This document shows positions 49,601 through 61,550 of a stretch of 64,000 nucleotides of DNA, piece by piece. The stretch lies in contig OZ024743.1 of assembly GCA_964016885.1 (NCBI GenBank), positions 134,974,001-135,038,000 of the forward strand, in the 5' to 3' direction. Below the pieces are notes generated by a model. It was given only the letters and a program-made list of their open reading frames with translations, did no database searches and had not been told where the DNA came from. The translations under genes and the position numbers were made by a program. Numbering within the stretch: position 1 is the stretch's first letter; each line of letters starts with the position of its first letter. This stretch comes from Eledone cirrhosa. Lineage: Eukaryota.

Positions 49601-52600
49601 GCTTGGTGTTTGGTGTTTGGCATTTGGTGTTTGGTGCTTGGTGCTTTGTGCTTGGTGCTTGGTTTTTGGTGCTTGGTGCTTGGTATTTGGTGTTTGTTGA
49701 TTGGTGCTTGGTGTCTGGTGCTTGGGGTTTGGTGCTTGGAGCTTGCTGTTTGGTGTTTGGTGTTTGGTGCGTGGTGCTTGGTGTTTGGTGCTTGGTGCTT
49801 GGTGCTTGGTGTTTGGTGCTTGGTGCTTTGTGCTTGGTGCTTGGTGCTTGGTGCTTGGCGTTTGGTGTTTGTCGTTTGATGTTTGGCATTTTCTGTTTGG
49901 TATTTGGTGTTTGGTGTTTGCTGTTTGGTGTTTGCTGTTTGGTGTTTGGTGTTTGCTGTTTGGTGTTTGCTGTTTGGTGTTTTGTATTTGATGTTTGGTG
50001 TTTGGTGTTTGCTGTTTGGTGTTTGGTGTTTGGTGTTTGGTGCTTGGTGCTTGGTGCTTGGTGTTTGGTGCTTGTGCTTCGTACTTGTTGTTTGGTGTTT
50101 GGTGCTTGGTGCTTGGTGTTTGGTGTTTGGTGCTTGGTGCTTGGTGTTTGGTGATTGGTGCTTTGTGCTTGGTGTTTGGTGCTTGGTGCTTGGTGTTTGG
50201 TGTTTGGCGCTTGGTGCTTGGTGTTTGGTGCTTGGTTTTTGGTGTTTGGTGCTTGGTGTTTGGTGTTTGGTGTTTGGTGTTTGGTGCTTGGTGATTGGTG
50301 TTTGGTGCTCGCTGTTTGGTGTTTGGTGTTTGGTGCTTGGTGCTTGGTGTTTGGTGTTTGGTGCTTGGTGCTTGGTGATTGGTGCTTGTTGCTTGGTGCT
50401 TGGTGTTTGGTGCTTGGTGTTTGGTGTTTGGTGTTTGGTGTTTGCTGTTTGCTGTTTGGTGTTTGCTGTTTGGTGTTTGCTGTTTGGTGTTTGGTGTTTG
50501 CTGTTTGGTGTTTGGTGTTTGCTGTTTGGTGTTTGGTGTTTGCTGTTTGGTGTTTGCTGTTTGTGTTTGCTGTTTGGTGCTTGGTGCTTGGTGCTTGGTG
50601 TTTGTTCCTTGGTGCTTGGTGCTTGGTGATTGGTGCTTGGTGCCTGGTCTTTGGTGTTTGGTGTTTGGTGCTTGGTGCTTGGTGTTTGATGTGTGGTGCT
50701 TGATGCTTGGTGTTAGGTATTTGGTGCTTGGTGCTTGGTGCTTGGTGCTTGGTGCTTGGTGTTTGGTGCTTGGTGCTTGGTGTTTGGTTCTTGGTGCTAG
50801 GTATTTGGTGTTTGGTGCGTGGTGCTTGGTGTTTGGTGCTTGGTGCTTGGTGCTTGGCGTTTGGTGTTTGTCGTTTGATGTTTGGCATTTTCTGTTTGGT
50901 GTTTGGTGTTTGGTGTTTGCTGTTTGGTGTTTGCTGTTTTTGTGTTTGGTGTTTGCTGTTTGGTGTTTGCTGTTTGGTGTTTTGTATTTCATGTTTGGTG
51001 TTTGGTGTTTGCTGTTTGGTGTTTGGTGTTTGGTGTTTGGTGTTTGGTGTTTGGTGTTTGGTGTTTGGTGCTTGGTGCTTGGTGCTTGGTGCTTGGTGTT
51101 TGGTGCTTGGTGCTTGGTACTTGGTGTTTGGTGTCTGGTGCTTGGTGCTTGGTGTTTGGTGTTTGGTGCTTGGTGCCTGGTGTTTGGTGATTGGTGCTTG
51201 GTGCTTGGTGTTTGGTGCTTGGTGCTTGGTGTTTGGTGTTTGGCGCTTGGTGCTTGGTGTTTGGTGCTTGGTGTTTGGTGCTTGGTGCTTGGTGTTTGGT
51301 GTTTGGTGCTTGGTGTTTGGTGTTTGGTGCTTGGGGCTTGGTGCTTGGTGTTTGGTGCTTGGTGCTTGGTGTTTGCTGTTTGGTGCTTGATGCTTGGTGT
51401 TTGGTGTTTGGTGCTTGGTGTTTGGTGCTTGGTGCTTGGTGTTTGGTGTTTGCTGTTTGCTATTTGTTGTTTGGTGTTTGCTGTTTGGTGTTTGGTGTTT
51501 GGTGTTTGCTGTTTGGTGATTGGTGTTTGCTATTTGGTGTTTTGTGTTTGCTGTTTGGTGTTTGGTGTTTGGTGTTTGGTGCTTGGTGCTTGGTGCTTGG
51601 TGCTTGGTGTTTGGTGTTTGGTGCTTGGTGCTTGGTGCTTGGTGCTTGGTATCTGGTGCTTGGTGTTTGGTGCTTGGTGTTTGTACTTGGTGCTAGGTGC
51701 TTGGTGTTTGATGCTTGGTGCTTGGTGCTTGGTGCTTGGTGCTTGGTGATTGGTGCTTGGTGTATGGTGTTTGATGCTTGGTGATTGGTGTTTGGTGCTT
51801 GGTGCTTGGTGTTTGCGGTTTGGCGTTTGGTGTTCGGCGTTTGATGTTTGGCGTTTGCTGTTTGGTGTTTGCTGCTTGATGTTTGCTGGTTCGTGTTTGG
51901 TGTTTGGTGTTTGCTGTTTGGTGTTTGCTGTTTAGTGTTTGGTGCTTGGTGCTTGGTGCTTGGTGTTTGGTCTTTGGCGCTTGGTGCTTGGTGTTTGGTG
52001 CCTGGTGCGTGGTGTTTGGTGTTTGGCATTTGGTGTTTGGTACTTGGTGCTTGGTGCTTGGTTTTTGGTGTTTGGTGATTGGTGCTTGGTGCTTGGTGCT
52101 TGGTGTTTGCTGCTTGGTGATTGGTGTTTGGTGCTTGGTGCTTGGTTCTTGTTGTTTGGTGCTTGGAGCTTGGGGCTTGGTGTTTGGTGCTTCTTGCTTG
52201 GTGCTTGGTGTTTGGTGCTTGGTGCTTGGTTCTTGGTGCTTGGTGCTTGATGTGTTGTGCTTGGTGCTTGGTGCTTGGTGTTTGGTGTTTGGTGCTTGGT
52301 GCTTGGTGCTTGGTGCTTGGTGCTTGCTGTTTGGTGTTTGGTGCTTGGTGCTTGCTGTTTGGTGTTTGGTGTTTGGTGTTTGCTGTTTGGTGTTTGGTGT
52401 TTGCTGTTTGGTGTTTGCTATTTGGTGTTTGGTGTTTGCTGTTTGGTGTTTGCTGTTTGGTTTTTGGTGTGTGGTGTTTGGTGTTTGATGTGTGGTGCTT
52501 GGTGCTTGGTGTTTGGTATTTGGTGCTTGGTGATTGGTGCTTTGTGTTTGTTGCTTGGTGCTTGGTACTTGGTGTTTGGTGCTTGGTGTTTGGGCCTGGT

Positions 52601-55600
52601 GTTTGGTGTTTAGTGCTTGGTGTTTGATGTGTGGTACTTGGTGCTTGCTGTTTGGTGTTTGGTGCTTGGTGCTTGGTGCTTGGCTTTTGGTGCTTTGTGC
52701 TTGGTGCTTGGTGTTTGGTGCTTGGTGCTAGGCGTTTGGTGTTTGGTACTTGGTGCTTGGTGTTAGCTACTTGGTGCTTGCTGCTTGTTGTTTGGTGCTT
52801 GGTACTTGGTGCTTGGTGTTTGGTGCTTGGTGCTTGGTGTTTGGTGTTTGGTGTTTGGTGCTTGGTACTTGGTGTTTTGTGTTTGGTGTTTGGTGCTTGG
52901 TGCTTGGTGTTTGGTGCTTGGTGCTTGGTGCTTGGTGCTTGGTGCTTGGTGTTTGGTGTTTAGTGCTTGGTGCTTGGTATTTGGTGTTTGGTGCTTGGTG
53001 CTTGGTGTTTGGTGTTTGGTGCTTGGTGCTTGGTGTTTGGTGTTTGGTGCTAGGTGCTTGGTATTTGGTGATTGGTGCTTGGTGCTTGGTGTTTGGTGCT
53101 CGGGGCTTGGTGCTTGGTGTTTGGTGCTTGGTGCTTGGTGTTTGGTTTTTGGCGCTTGGTTCTTGGTGTTTGGTGCTTGGTGCTTGGTGTTTGGTGTTTG
53201 GCATTTGGTGTTTCGTGCTTGGTGCTTTGTGCTTGGTGCTTGGTTTTTGGTGTTTGGTGCTTGGTTCCTGGTATTTGGTGTTTGTTGATTGGTGCTTGGT
53301 GTCTGGTGCTTGGGGTTTGGTGCTTGGTGCTTGGTGTTTGGTGTTTTGTGGTGTGTGCGTGGTGCTTGGTGTTTGGTGATTGGTGCTTGGTGCTTGGTGT
53401 TTGGTGCTTGGTGCTTTGTGCTTGGTGCTTGGTGCTTGGTGCTTGGCGTTTGGTGTTTGTCGTTTGATGTTTGGCATTTTCTGTTTGGTGTTTGGTGCTT
53501 GGTGTTTGCTGTTTGGTGTTTGCTGTTTGGTGTTTGGTGTTTGCTGTTTGGTGTTTGCTGTTTGGTGTTTTGTATTTGATGTTTGGTGTTTGGTGTTTGC
53601 TGTTTGGTGTTTGGTGTTTGGTGTTTGGTGTTTGGTGTTTGCTGTTTGGTGTTTGGTGTTTGGTGTTTGGTGCTTGGTGCTTGGTGCTTGGTGCTTGGTG
53701 TTTGGTGCTTGGTGCTTGGTACTTGGTGTTTGGTGTTTGGTGCTTGGTGCTTGGTGTTTGGTGTTTGGTGCTTGGTGCTTGGTGTTTGGTGATTGGTGCT
53801 TGGTGCTTGGTGATTGGTGTTTGGTGCTTGGTGATTGGTGTTTGGTGCTCGGTGCTTGGTGTTTGGTGTTTGGTGTTTGCTGTTTGGTGTTTGGTGTTTG
53901 CTGTTTGGTGTTTGCTGTTTGGTGTTTGGTGTTTGCTGTTTGGTGTTTGGTGTTTGCTGTTTGGTGTTTGCTGTTTGTGTTTGCTGTTTGGTGCTTGGTG
54001 GTTGGTGCTTGGTGTTTGTTCCTTGGTGCTTGGTGCTTGGTGCCTGGTCTTTGGTGTTTGGTGTTTGGTGCTTGGTGCTTGGTGCTTGGTGTTTGGTTCT
54101 TGGTGCTTGGTGTTTGGTGCTTGGTGCTTGGTGTTTGGCATTTGGTGTTTGGTGCTTGGTGCTTTGTGCTTGGTGCTTGGTTTCTGGTGCTTGGTGCTTG
54201 GTATTTGGTGTTTGTTGATTGGTGCTTGGTGTCTGGTGCTTGGGGTTTGGTGCTTGGTGCTTGGTGTTTGGTGTTTGGTGTTTGGTGCGTGGTGCTTGGT
54301 GTTTGGTGCTTAGTGCTTGGTGCTTGGTGTCTGGTGCTTGGTGCTTTGTGCTTGGTGCTTGGTGCTTGGTGCTTGGCGTTTGGTGTTTGTCGTTTGATGT
54401 TTGGCATTTTCTGTCTGGTGTTTGGTGTTTGCTGTTTGCTGTTTGCTGTTTGGTGTTTGGTGCTTGGTGCTTGCTGTTTGGTGTTTGGTGCTTGGTGCTT
54501 GCTGTTTGGTGTTTGGTGTTTGGTGTTTGCTGTTTGGTGTTTGGTGTTTGCTGTTTGGTGTTTGCTATTTGGTGTTTGGTGTTTGCTGTTTGGTGTTTGC
54601 TGTTTGGTTTTTGGTGTGTGGTGTTTGGTGTTTGATGTGTGGTGCTTGGTGCTTGGTGTTTGGTATTTGGTGCTTGGTGATTGGTGCTTTGTGTTTGTTG
54701 CTTGGTGCTTGGTACTTGGTGTTTGGTGCTTGGTGTTTGGGCCTGGTGTTTGGTGTTTAGTGCTTGGTGTTTGATGTGTGGTACTTGGTGCTTGCTGTTT
54801 GGTGTTTGGTGCTTGGTGCTTGGTGCTTGGCTTTTGGTGCTTTGTGCTTGGTGCTTGGTGTTTGGTGCTTGGTGCTAGGCGTTTGGTGTTTGGTACTTGG
54901 TGCTTGGTGTTAGCTACTTGGTGCTTGGTGCTTGTTGTTTGGTGCTTGGTGCTTGGTGCTTGGTGTTTGGTGCTTGGTGCTTGGTGTTTGGTGTTTGGTG
55001 TTTGGTGCTTGGTACTTGGTGTTTTGTGTTTGGTGTTTGGTGCTTGGTGCTTGGTGTTTGGTGCTTGGTGCTTGGTGCTTGGTGCTTGGTGCTTGGTGTT
55101 TGGTGTTTAGTGCTTGGTGCTTGGTATTTGGTGTTTGGTGCTTGGTGCTTGGTGTTTGGTGTTTGGTGCTTGGTGCTTGGTGTTTGGTGTTTGGTGCTAG
55201 GTGCTTGGTATTTGGTGATTGGTGCTTGGTGCTTGGTGTTTGTTGCTCGGGGCTTGGTGCTTGGTGTTTGGTGCTTGATGCTTGGTGTTTGGTTTTTGGC
55301 GCTTGGTGCTTGGTGTTTGGTGCTTGGTGCTTGGTGTTTGGTGTTTGGCATTTGGTGTTTGGTGCTTGGTTCCTGGTATTTGGTGTTTGTTGATTGGTGC
55401 TTGGTGTCTGGTGCTTGGGGTTTGGTGCTTGGTGCTTGGTGTTTGGTGTTTTGTGGTGTGTGCGTGGTGCTTTGTGTTTGGTGATTGGTGCTTGGTGCTT
55501 GGTGTTTGGTGCTTGGTGCTTTGTGCTTGGTGCTTGGTGCTTGGTGCTTGGCGTTTGGTGTTTGTCGTTTGATGTTTGGCATTTTCTGTTTGGTGTTTGT

Positions 55601-58600
55601 TGTTTGGTGTTTGCTGTTTGGTGTTTGCTGTTTGGTGTTTGGTTTTTGCTGTTTGGTGTTTGCTGTTTGCTGTTTGGTGTTTTGTATTTGGTGTTTGGTG
55701 TTTGGTGTTTGCTGTTTGGTGTTTAGTGTTTGGTGTTTGGTGTTTGGTGCTTGGTGCTTGGTGCTTGGTGTTTGGTGCTTTGTGCTTGGTACTTGGTGTT
55801 TCGTGTTTCGTGCTTGGTGCTTGGTGTTTGGTGTTTGGTGCTTGCTGCTTGGTGCTTGGTGTTTGGTGATTGGTGCTTGGTGCTTGGTGTTTGGTGATTG
55901 GTGCTTGGTGCTTGGTGTTTGATGTTTGGTGCTTGGTGTTTGGTGCTTGGTGCTTGGTGCTTGGTGCTCGGTGCTTGGTGATTGGTGCTTTGTGTTTGTT
56001 GCTTGGTGCTTGGTGCTTGGTGATTGGTGCTTGGTGTTTGTGCCTGGTGTTTGGTGCTCGGTGTTTGATGTGTGGTACTTGGTGCTTGCTGTTTGGTGTT
56101 TGGTGCTTGGTGCTTGGTGCTTGGCTTTTGGTGCTTTATGCGTGGTGCTTGGTGTTTGGTGCTTAGTGCTAGACGTTTGGTGTTTTGGTGCTTGGTGCTT
56201 GGTGTTAGGTACTTGGTACTTGGTGCTTGTTGTTTGGTGCTTGGTGCTTGGTGCTTGGTGTTTGGTGCTTGGTGCTTGGTGTTTGGTGTTTGGTGTTTGG
56301 TGCTTGGTACTTGGTGTTTTGTGTTTGGTGTTTGGTGCTTGGTGCTTGGTGTTTGGTGCTTGGTGCTTGGTGCTTGGTGCTTGGTGTTTGGTGCTAGGTG
56401 CTTGGTATTTGGTGATTGGTGCTTGGTGCTTGGTGTTTGGTGCTCGGAGCTTGGTGCTTGGTGTTTGGTGCTTGGTGCTTGGTGTTTGGTCTTTGGCGCT
56501 TGGTGCTTGGGGTTTGGTGCTTGGTGCTTGGTGTTTGGTGTTTGGCATTTGGTGTTTGGTGCTTGGTGCTTTGTGCTTGGTGCTTGGTTTTTGGTGTTTG
56601 GTGCTTGGTGCTTGGTATTTGGTGTTTGTTGATTGGTGCTTGGTGTCTGGTGCTTGGGGTTTGGTGCTTGGTGCTTGGTGTGTGGTGTTTGGTGTTTGGT
56701 GCTTGGTGCTTGGTGTTTGGTGTTTGGTGCTTGGTGCTTGGTGTTTGGTGTTTAGTGCTTGGTGCTTGGTTCTTGGTGTTTGGTGCTTGGTGCTTGGTGC
56801 TTGGTCTTTGGCGCTTGGTGCTTGGTGTTTGGTGTTTGGTGCTAGGTGCTTGGTATTTGGTGCTTGGTGCTTGGTGCTTGGTGTTTGGTGCTCGGAGCTT
56901 GGTGCTTGGTGTTTGGTGCTTGGTGCTTGGTGCTTGGTCTTTGGCGCTTGGTGCTTGGTGATTGGTGCTTGGTGCTTGGTGTTTGGTGTTTGGCATTTGG
57001 TGTTTGGTGCTTGGTGCTTTGTGCTTGGTGCTTGGTTTTTGGTGCTTGGTGCTTGGTATTTGGTGTTTGTTGATTGGTGCTTGGTGTCTGGTGCTTGGGG
57101 TTTGGTGCTTGGAGCTTGGTGTTTGGTGTTTGGTGTTTGGTGCGTGGTGCTTGGTGTTTGGTGCTTGGTGCTTGGTGCTTGGTGTTTGGTGCTTGGTGCT
57201 TTGTGCTTGGTGCTTGGTGCTTGGTGCTTGGCGTTTGGTGTTTGTCGTTTGATGTTTGGCATTTTCTGTTTGGTATTTGGTGTTTGGTGTTTGCTGTTTG
57301 GTGTTTGCTGTTTGGTGTTTGGTGTTTGCTGTTTGGTGTTTGCTGTTTGGTGTTTTGTATTTGATGTTTGGTGTTTGGTGTTTGCTGTTTGGTGTTTGGT
57401 GTTTGGTGTTTGGTGCTTGGTGCTTGGTGCTTGGTGTTTGGTGCTTGTGCTTCGTACTTGTTGTTTGGTGTTTGGTGCTTGGTGCTTGGTGTTTGGTGTT
57501 TGGTGCTTGGTGCTTGGTGTTTGGTGATTGGTGCTTTGTGCTTGGTGTTTGGTGCTTGGTGCTTGGTGTTTGGTGTTTGGCGCTTGGTGCTTGGTGTTTG
57601 GTGCTTGGTTTTTGGTGTTTGGTGCTTGGTGTTTGGTGTTTGGTGTTTGGTGTTTGGTGCTTGGTGATTGGTGTTTGGTGCTCGCTGTTTGGTGTTTGGT
57701 GTTTGGTGCTTGGTGCTTGGTGTTTGGTGTTTGGTGCTTGGTGCTTGGTGATTGGTGCTTGTTGCTTGGTGCTTGGTGTTTGGTGCTTGGTGTTTGGTGT
57801 TTGGTGTTTGGTGTTTGCTGTTTGCTGTATGGTGTTTGCTGTTTGGTGTTTGCTGTTTGGTGTTTGGTGTTTGCTGTTTGGTGTTTGGTGTTTGCTGTTT
57901 GGTGTTTGGTGTTTGCTGTTTGGTGTTTGCTGTTTGTGTTTGCTGTTCGGTGCTTGGTGCTTGGTGCTTGGTGTTTGTTCCTTGGTGCTTGGTGCTTGGT
58001 GATTGGTGCTTGGTGCCTGGTCTTTGGTGTTTGGTGTTTGGTGCTTGGTGCTTGGTGTTTGATGTGTGGTGCTTGATGCTTGGTGTTAGGTATTTGGTGC
58101 TTGGTGCTTGGTGCTTGGTGCTTGGTGCTTGGTGTTTGGTGCTTGGTGCTTGGTGTTTGGTTCTTGGTGCTAGGTATTTGGTGTTTGGTGCGTGGTGCTT
58201 GGTGTTTGGTGCTTGGTGCTTGGTGCTTGGCGTTTGGTGTTTGTCGTTTGATGTTTGGCATTTTCTGTTTGGTGTTTGGTGTTTGGTGTTTGCTGTTTGG
58301 TGTTTGCTGTTTTTGTGTTTGGTGTTTGCTGTTTGGTGTTTGCTGTTTGGTGTTTTGTATTTCATGTTTGGTGTTTGGTGTTTGCTGTTTGGTGTTTGGT
58401 GTTTGGTGTTTGGTGTTTGGTGTTTGGTGTTTGGTGTTTGGTGCTTGGTGCTTGGTGCTTGGTGCTTGGTGTTTGGTGCTTGGTGCTTGGTACTTGGTGT
58501 TTGGTGTCTGGTGCTTGGTGCTTGGTGTTTGGTGCTTGGTGCTTGGTGTTTGGTTCTTGGTGCTAGGTATTTGGTGTTTGGTGCGTGGTGCTTGGTGTTT

Positions 58601-61550
58601 GGTGCTTGGTGCTTGGTGCTTGGCGTTTGGTGTTTGTCGTTTGATGTTTGGCATTTTCTGTTTGGTGTTTGGTGTTTGGTGTTTGCTGTTTGGTGTTTGC
58701 TGTTTTTGTGTTTGGTGTTTGCTGTTTGGTGTTTGCTGTTTGGTGTTTTGTATTTCATGTTTGGTGTTTGGTGTTTGCTGTTTGGTGTTTGGTGTTTGGT
58801 GTTTGGTGTTTGGTGTTTGGTGTTTGGTGTTTGGTGCTTGGTGCTTGGTGCTTGGTGCTTGGTGTTTGGTGCTTGGTGCTTGGTACTTGGTGTTTGGTGT
58901 CTGGTGCTTGGTGCTTGGTGTTTGGTGTTTGGTGCTTGGTGCCTGGTGTTTGGTGATTGGTGCTTGGTGCTTGGTGTTTGGTGCTTGGTGCTTGGTGTTT
59001 GGTGTTTGGCGCTTGGTGCTTGGTGTTTGGTGCTTGGTGTTTGGTGCTTGGTGCTTGGTGTTTGGTGTTTGGTGCTTGGTGTTTGGTGTTTGGTGCTTGG
59101 GGCTTGGTGCTTGGTGTTTTGTGCTTGGTGCTTGGTGTTTGCTGTTTGGTGCTTGATGCTTGGTGTTTGGTGTTTGGTGCTTGGTGTTTGGTGCTTGGTG
59201 CTTGGTGTTTGGTGTTTGCTGTTTGCTATTTGTTGTTTGGTGTTTGCTGTTTGGTGTTTGGTGTTTGGTGTTTGCTGTTTGGTGATTGGTGTTTGCTATT
59301 TGGTGTTTTGTGTTTGCTGTTTGGTGTTTGGTGTTTGGTGTTTGGTGCTTGGTGCTTGGTGCTTGGTGCTTGGTGTTTGGTGTTTGGTGCTTGGTGCTTG
59401 GTGCTTGGTGCTTGGTATCTGATGCTTGGTGTTTGGTGCTTGGTGTTTGTACTTGGTGCTAGGTGCTTGGTGTTTGATGCTTGGTGCTTGGTGCTTGGTG
59501 CTTGGTGCTTGGTGATTGGTGCTTGGTGTATGGTGTTTGATGCTTGGTGATTGGTGTTTGGTGCTTGGTGCTTGGTGTTTGCGGCTTGGCGTTTGGTGTT
59601 CGGCGTTTGATGTTTGGCGTTTGCTGTTTGGTGTTTGCTGCTTGATGTTTGCTGGTTCGTGTTTGGTGTTTGGTGTTTGCTGTTTGGTGTTTGCTGTTTA
59701 GTGTTTGGTGCTTGGTGCTTGGTGCTTGGTGTTTGGTCTTTGGCGCTTGGTGCTTGGTGTTTGGTGCCTGGTGCGTGGTGTTTGGTGTTTGGCATTTGGT
59801 GTTTGGTACTTGGTGCTTGGTGCTTGGTTTTTGGTGTTTGGTGATTGGTGCTTGGTGCTTGGTGCTTGGTGTTTGCTGCTTGGTGATTGGTGTTTGGTGC
59901 TTGGTGCTTGGTTCTTGTTGTTTGGTGCTTGGAGCTTGGGGCTTGGTGTTTGGTGCTTCTTGCTTGGTGCTTGGTGTTTGGTGCTTGGTGCTTGGTTCTT
60001 GGTGCTTGGTGCTTGATGTTTTGTGCTTGGTGCTTGGTGCTTGGTGTTTGGTGTTTGGTGCTTGGTGCTTGGTGCTTGGTGCTTGGTGCTTGCTGTTTGG
60101 TGTTTGGTGCTTGGTGCTTGCTGTTTGGTGTTTGGTGTTTGGTGTTTGCTGTTTGGTGTTTGGTGTTTGCTGTTTGGTGTTTGCTATTTGGTGTTTGGTG
60201 TTTGCTGTTTGGTGTTTGCTGTTTGGTTTTTGGTGTGTGGTGTTTGGTGTTTGATGTGTGGTGCTTGGTGCTTGGTGTTTGGTATTTGGTGCTTGGTGAT
60301 TGGTGCTTTGTGTTTGTTGCTTGGTGCTTGGTACTTGGTGTTTGGTGCTTGGTGTTTGGGCCTGGTGTTTGGTGTTTAGTGCTTGGTGTTTGATGTGTGG
60401 TACTTGGTGCTTGCTGTTTGGTGTTTGGTGCTTGGTGCTTGGTGCTTGGCTTTTGGTGCTTTGTGCTTGGTGCTTGGTGTTTGGTGCTTGGTGCTAGGCG
60501 TTTGGTGTTTGGTACTTGGTGCTTGGTGTTAGCTACTTGGTGCTTGGTGCTTGTTGTTTGGTGCTTGGTACTTGGTGCTTGGTGTTTGGTGCTTGGTGCT
60601 TGGTGTTTGGTGTTTGGTGTTTGGTGCTTGGTACTTGGTGTTTTGTGTTTGGTGTTTGGTGCTTGGTGCTTGGTGTTTGGTGCTTGGTGCTTGGTGCTTG
60701 GTGCTTGGTGCTTGGTGTTTGGTGTTTAGTGCTTGGTGCTTGGTATTTGGTGTTTGGTGCTTGGTGCTTGGTGTTTGGTGTTTGGTGCTTGGTGCTTGGT
60801 GTTTGGTGTTTGGTGCTAGGTGCTTGGTATTTGGTGATTGGTGCTTGGTGCTTGGTGTTTGGTGCTCGGGGCTTGGTGCTTGGTGTTTGGTGCTTGGTGC
60901 TTGGTGTTTGGTTTTTGGCGCTTGGTTCTTGGTGTTTGGTGCTTGGTGCTTGGTGTTTGGTGTTTGGCATTTGGTGTTTCGTGCTTGGTGCTTTGTGCTT
61001 GGTGCTTGGTTTTTGGTGTTTGGTGCTTGGTTCCTGGTATTTGGTGTTTGTTGATTGGTGCTTGGTGTCTGGTGCTTGGGGTTTGGTGCTTGGTGCTTGG
61101 TGTTTGGTGTTTTGTGGTGTGTGCGTGGTGCTTGGTGTTTGGTGATTGGTGCTTGGTGCTTGGTGTTTGGTGCTTGGTGCTTTGTGCTTGGTGCTTGGTG
61201 CTTGGTGCTTGGCGTTTGGTGTTTGTCGTTTGATGTTTGGCATTTTCTGTTTGGTGTTTGGTGTTTGGTGTTTGCTGTTTGGTGTTTGCTGTTTGGTGTT
61301 TGGTGTTTGCTGTTTGGTGTTTGCTGTTTGGTGTTTTGTATTTGATGTTTGGTGTTTGGTGTTTGCTGTTTGGTGTTTGGTGTTTGGTGTTTGGTGTTTG
61401 GTGTTTGCTGTTTGGTGTTTGGTGTTTGGTGTTTGGTGCTTGGTGCTTGGTGCTTGGTGCTTGGTGTTTGGTGCTTGGTGCTTGGTACTTGGTGTTTGGT
61501 GTTTGGTGCTTGGTGCTTGGTGTTTGGTGTTTGGTGCTTGGTGCTTGGTG
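37650..61550 (+). repeat. Higher-order repeat domain, period about 6.9-7.8 kb, roughly three mosaic copies
   Basis: ORF pairs 38028/44888 (6860), 42720/50379 (7659), 50379/57752 (7373), 46777/54219 (7442), 52785/60551 (7766). Markers tagacg at about 41130/48798/56170, ttcgtacttg at about 42419/50078/57451, ttccgg 38651/45511. Confidence 0.88.
58130..58920 (+). repeat. 393-bp tandem duplication found in one higher-order copy only
   Basis: tttgtcgtttgatg at 58240/58633 and gtatttcatg at 58357/58750. The same block is single at 43208-43335 and 50867-50995. Confidence 0.88.

Noticed and set aside
54914-58654. 1246-aa minus-strand ORF (also 47472..50888, 1138 aa) of KHQAPST/KHQTPNT repeats
   Set aside because: The heptamer has no stop codon in any frame, so all three frames give the same 7-aa repeat and overlap. 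Stops arise only from rare variants. There is no non-repetitive domain and no sign of frame-specific selection.
11513-61250. CRISPR-like array with the 28-bp landmark as direct repeat
   Set aside because: Spacing is 0.4-4.5 kb and irregular, the intervening DNA is the same satellite rather than unique spacers, and there are no cas genes or leader.
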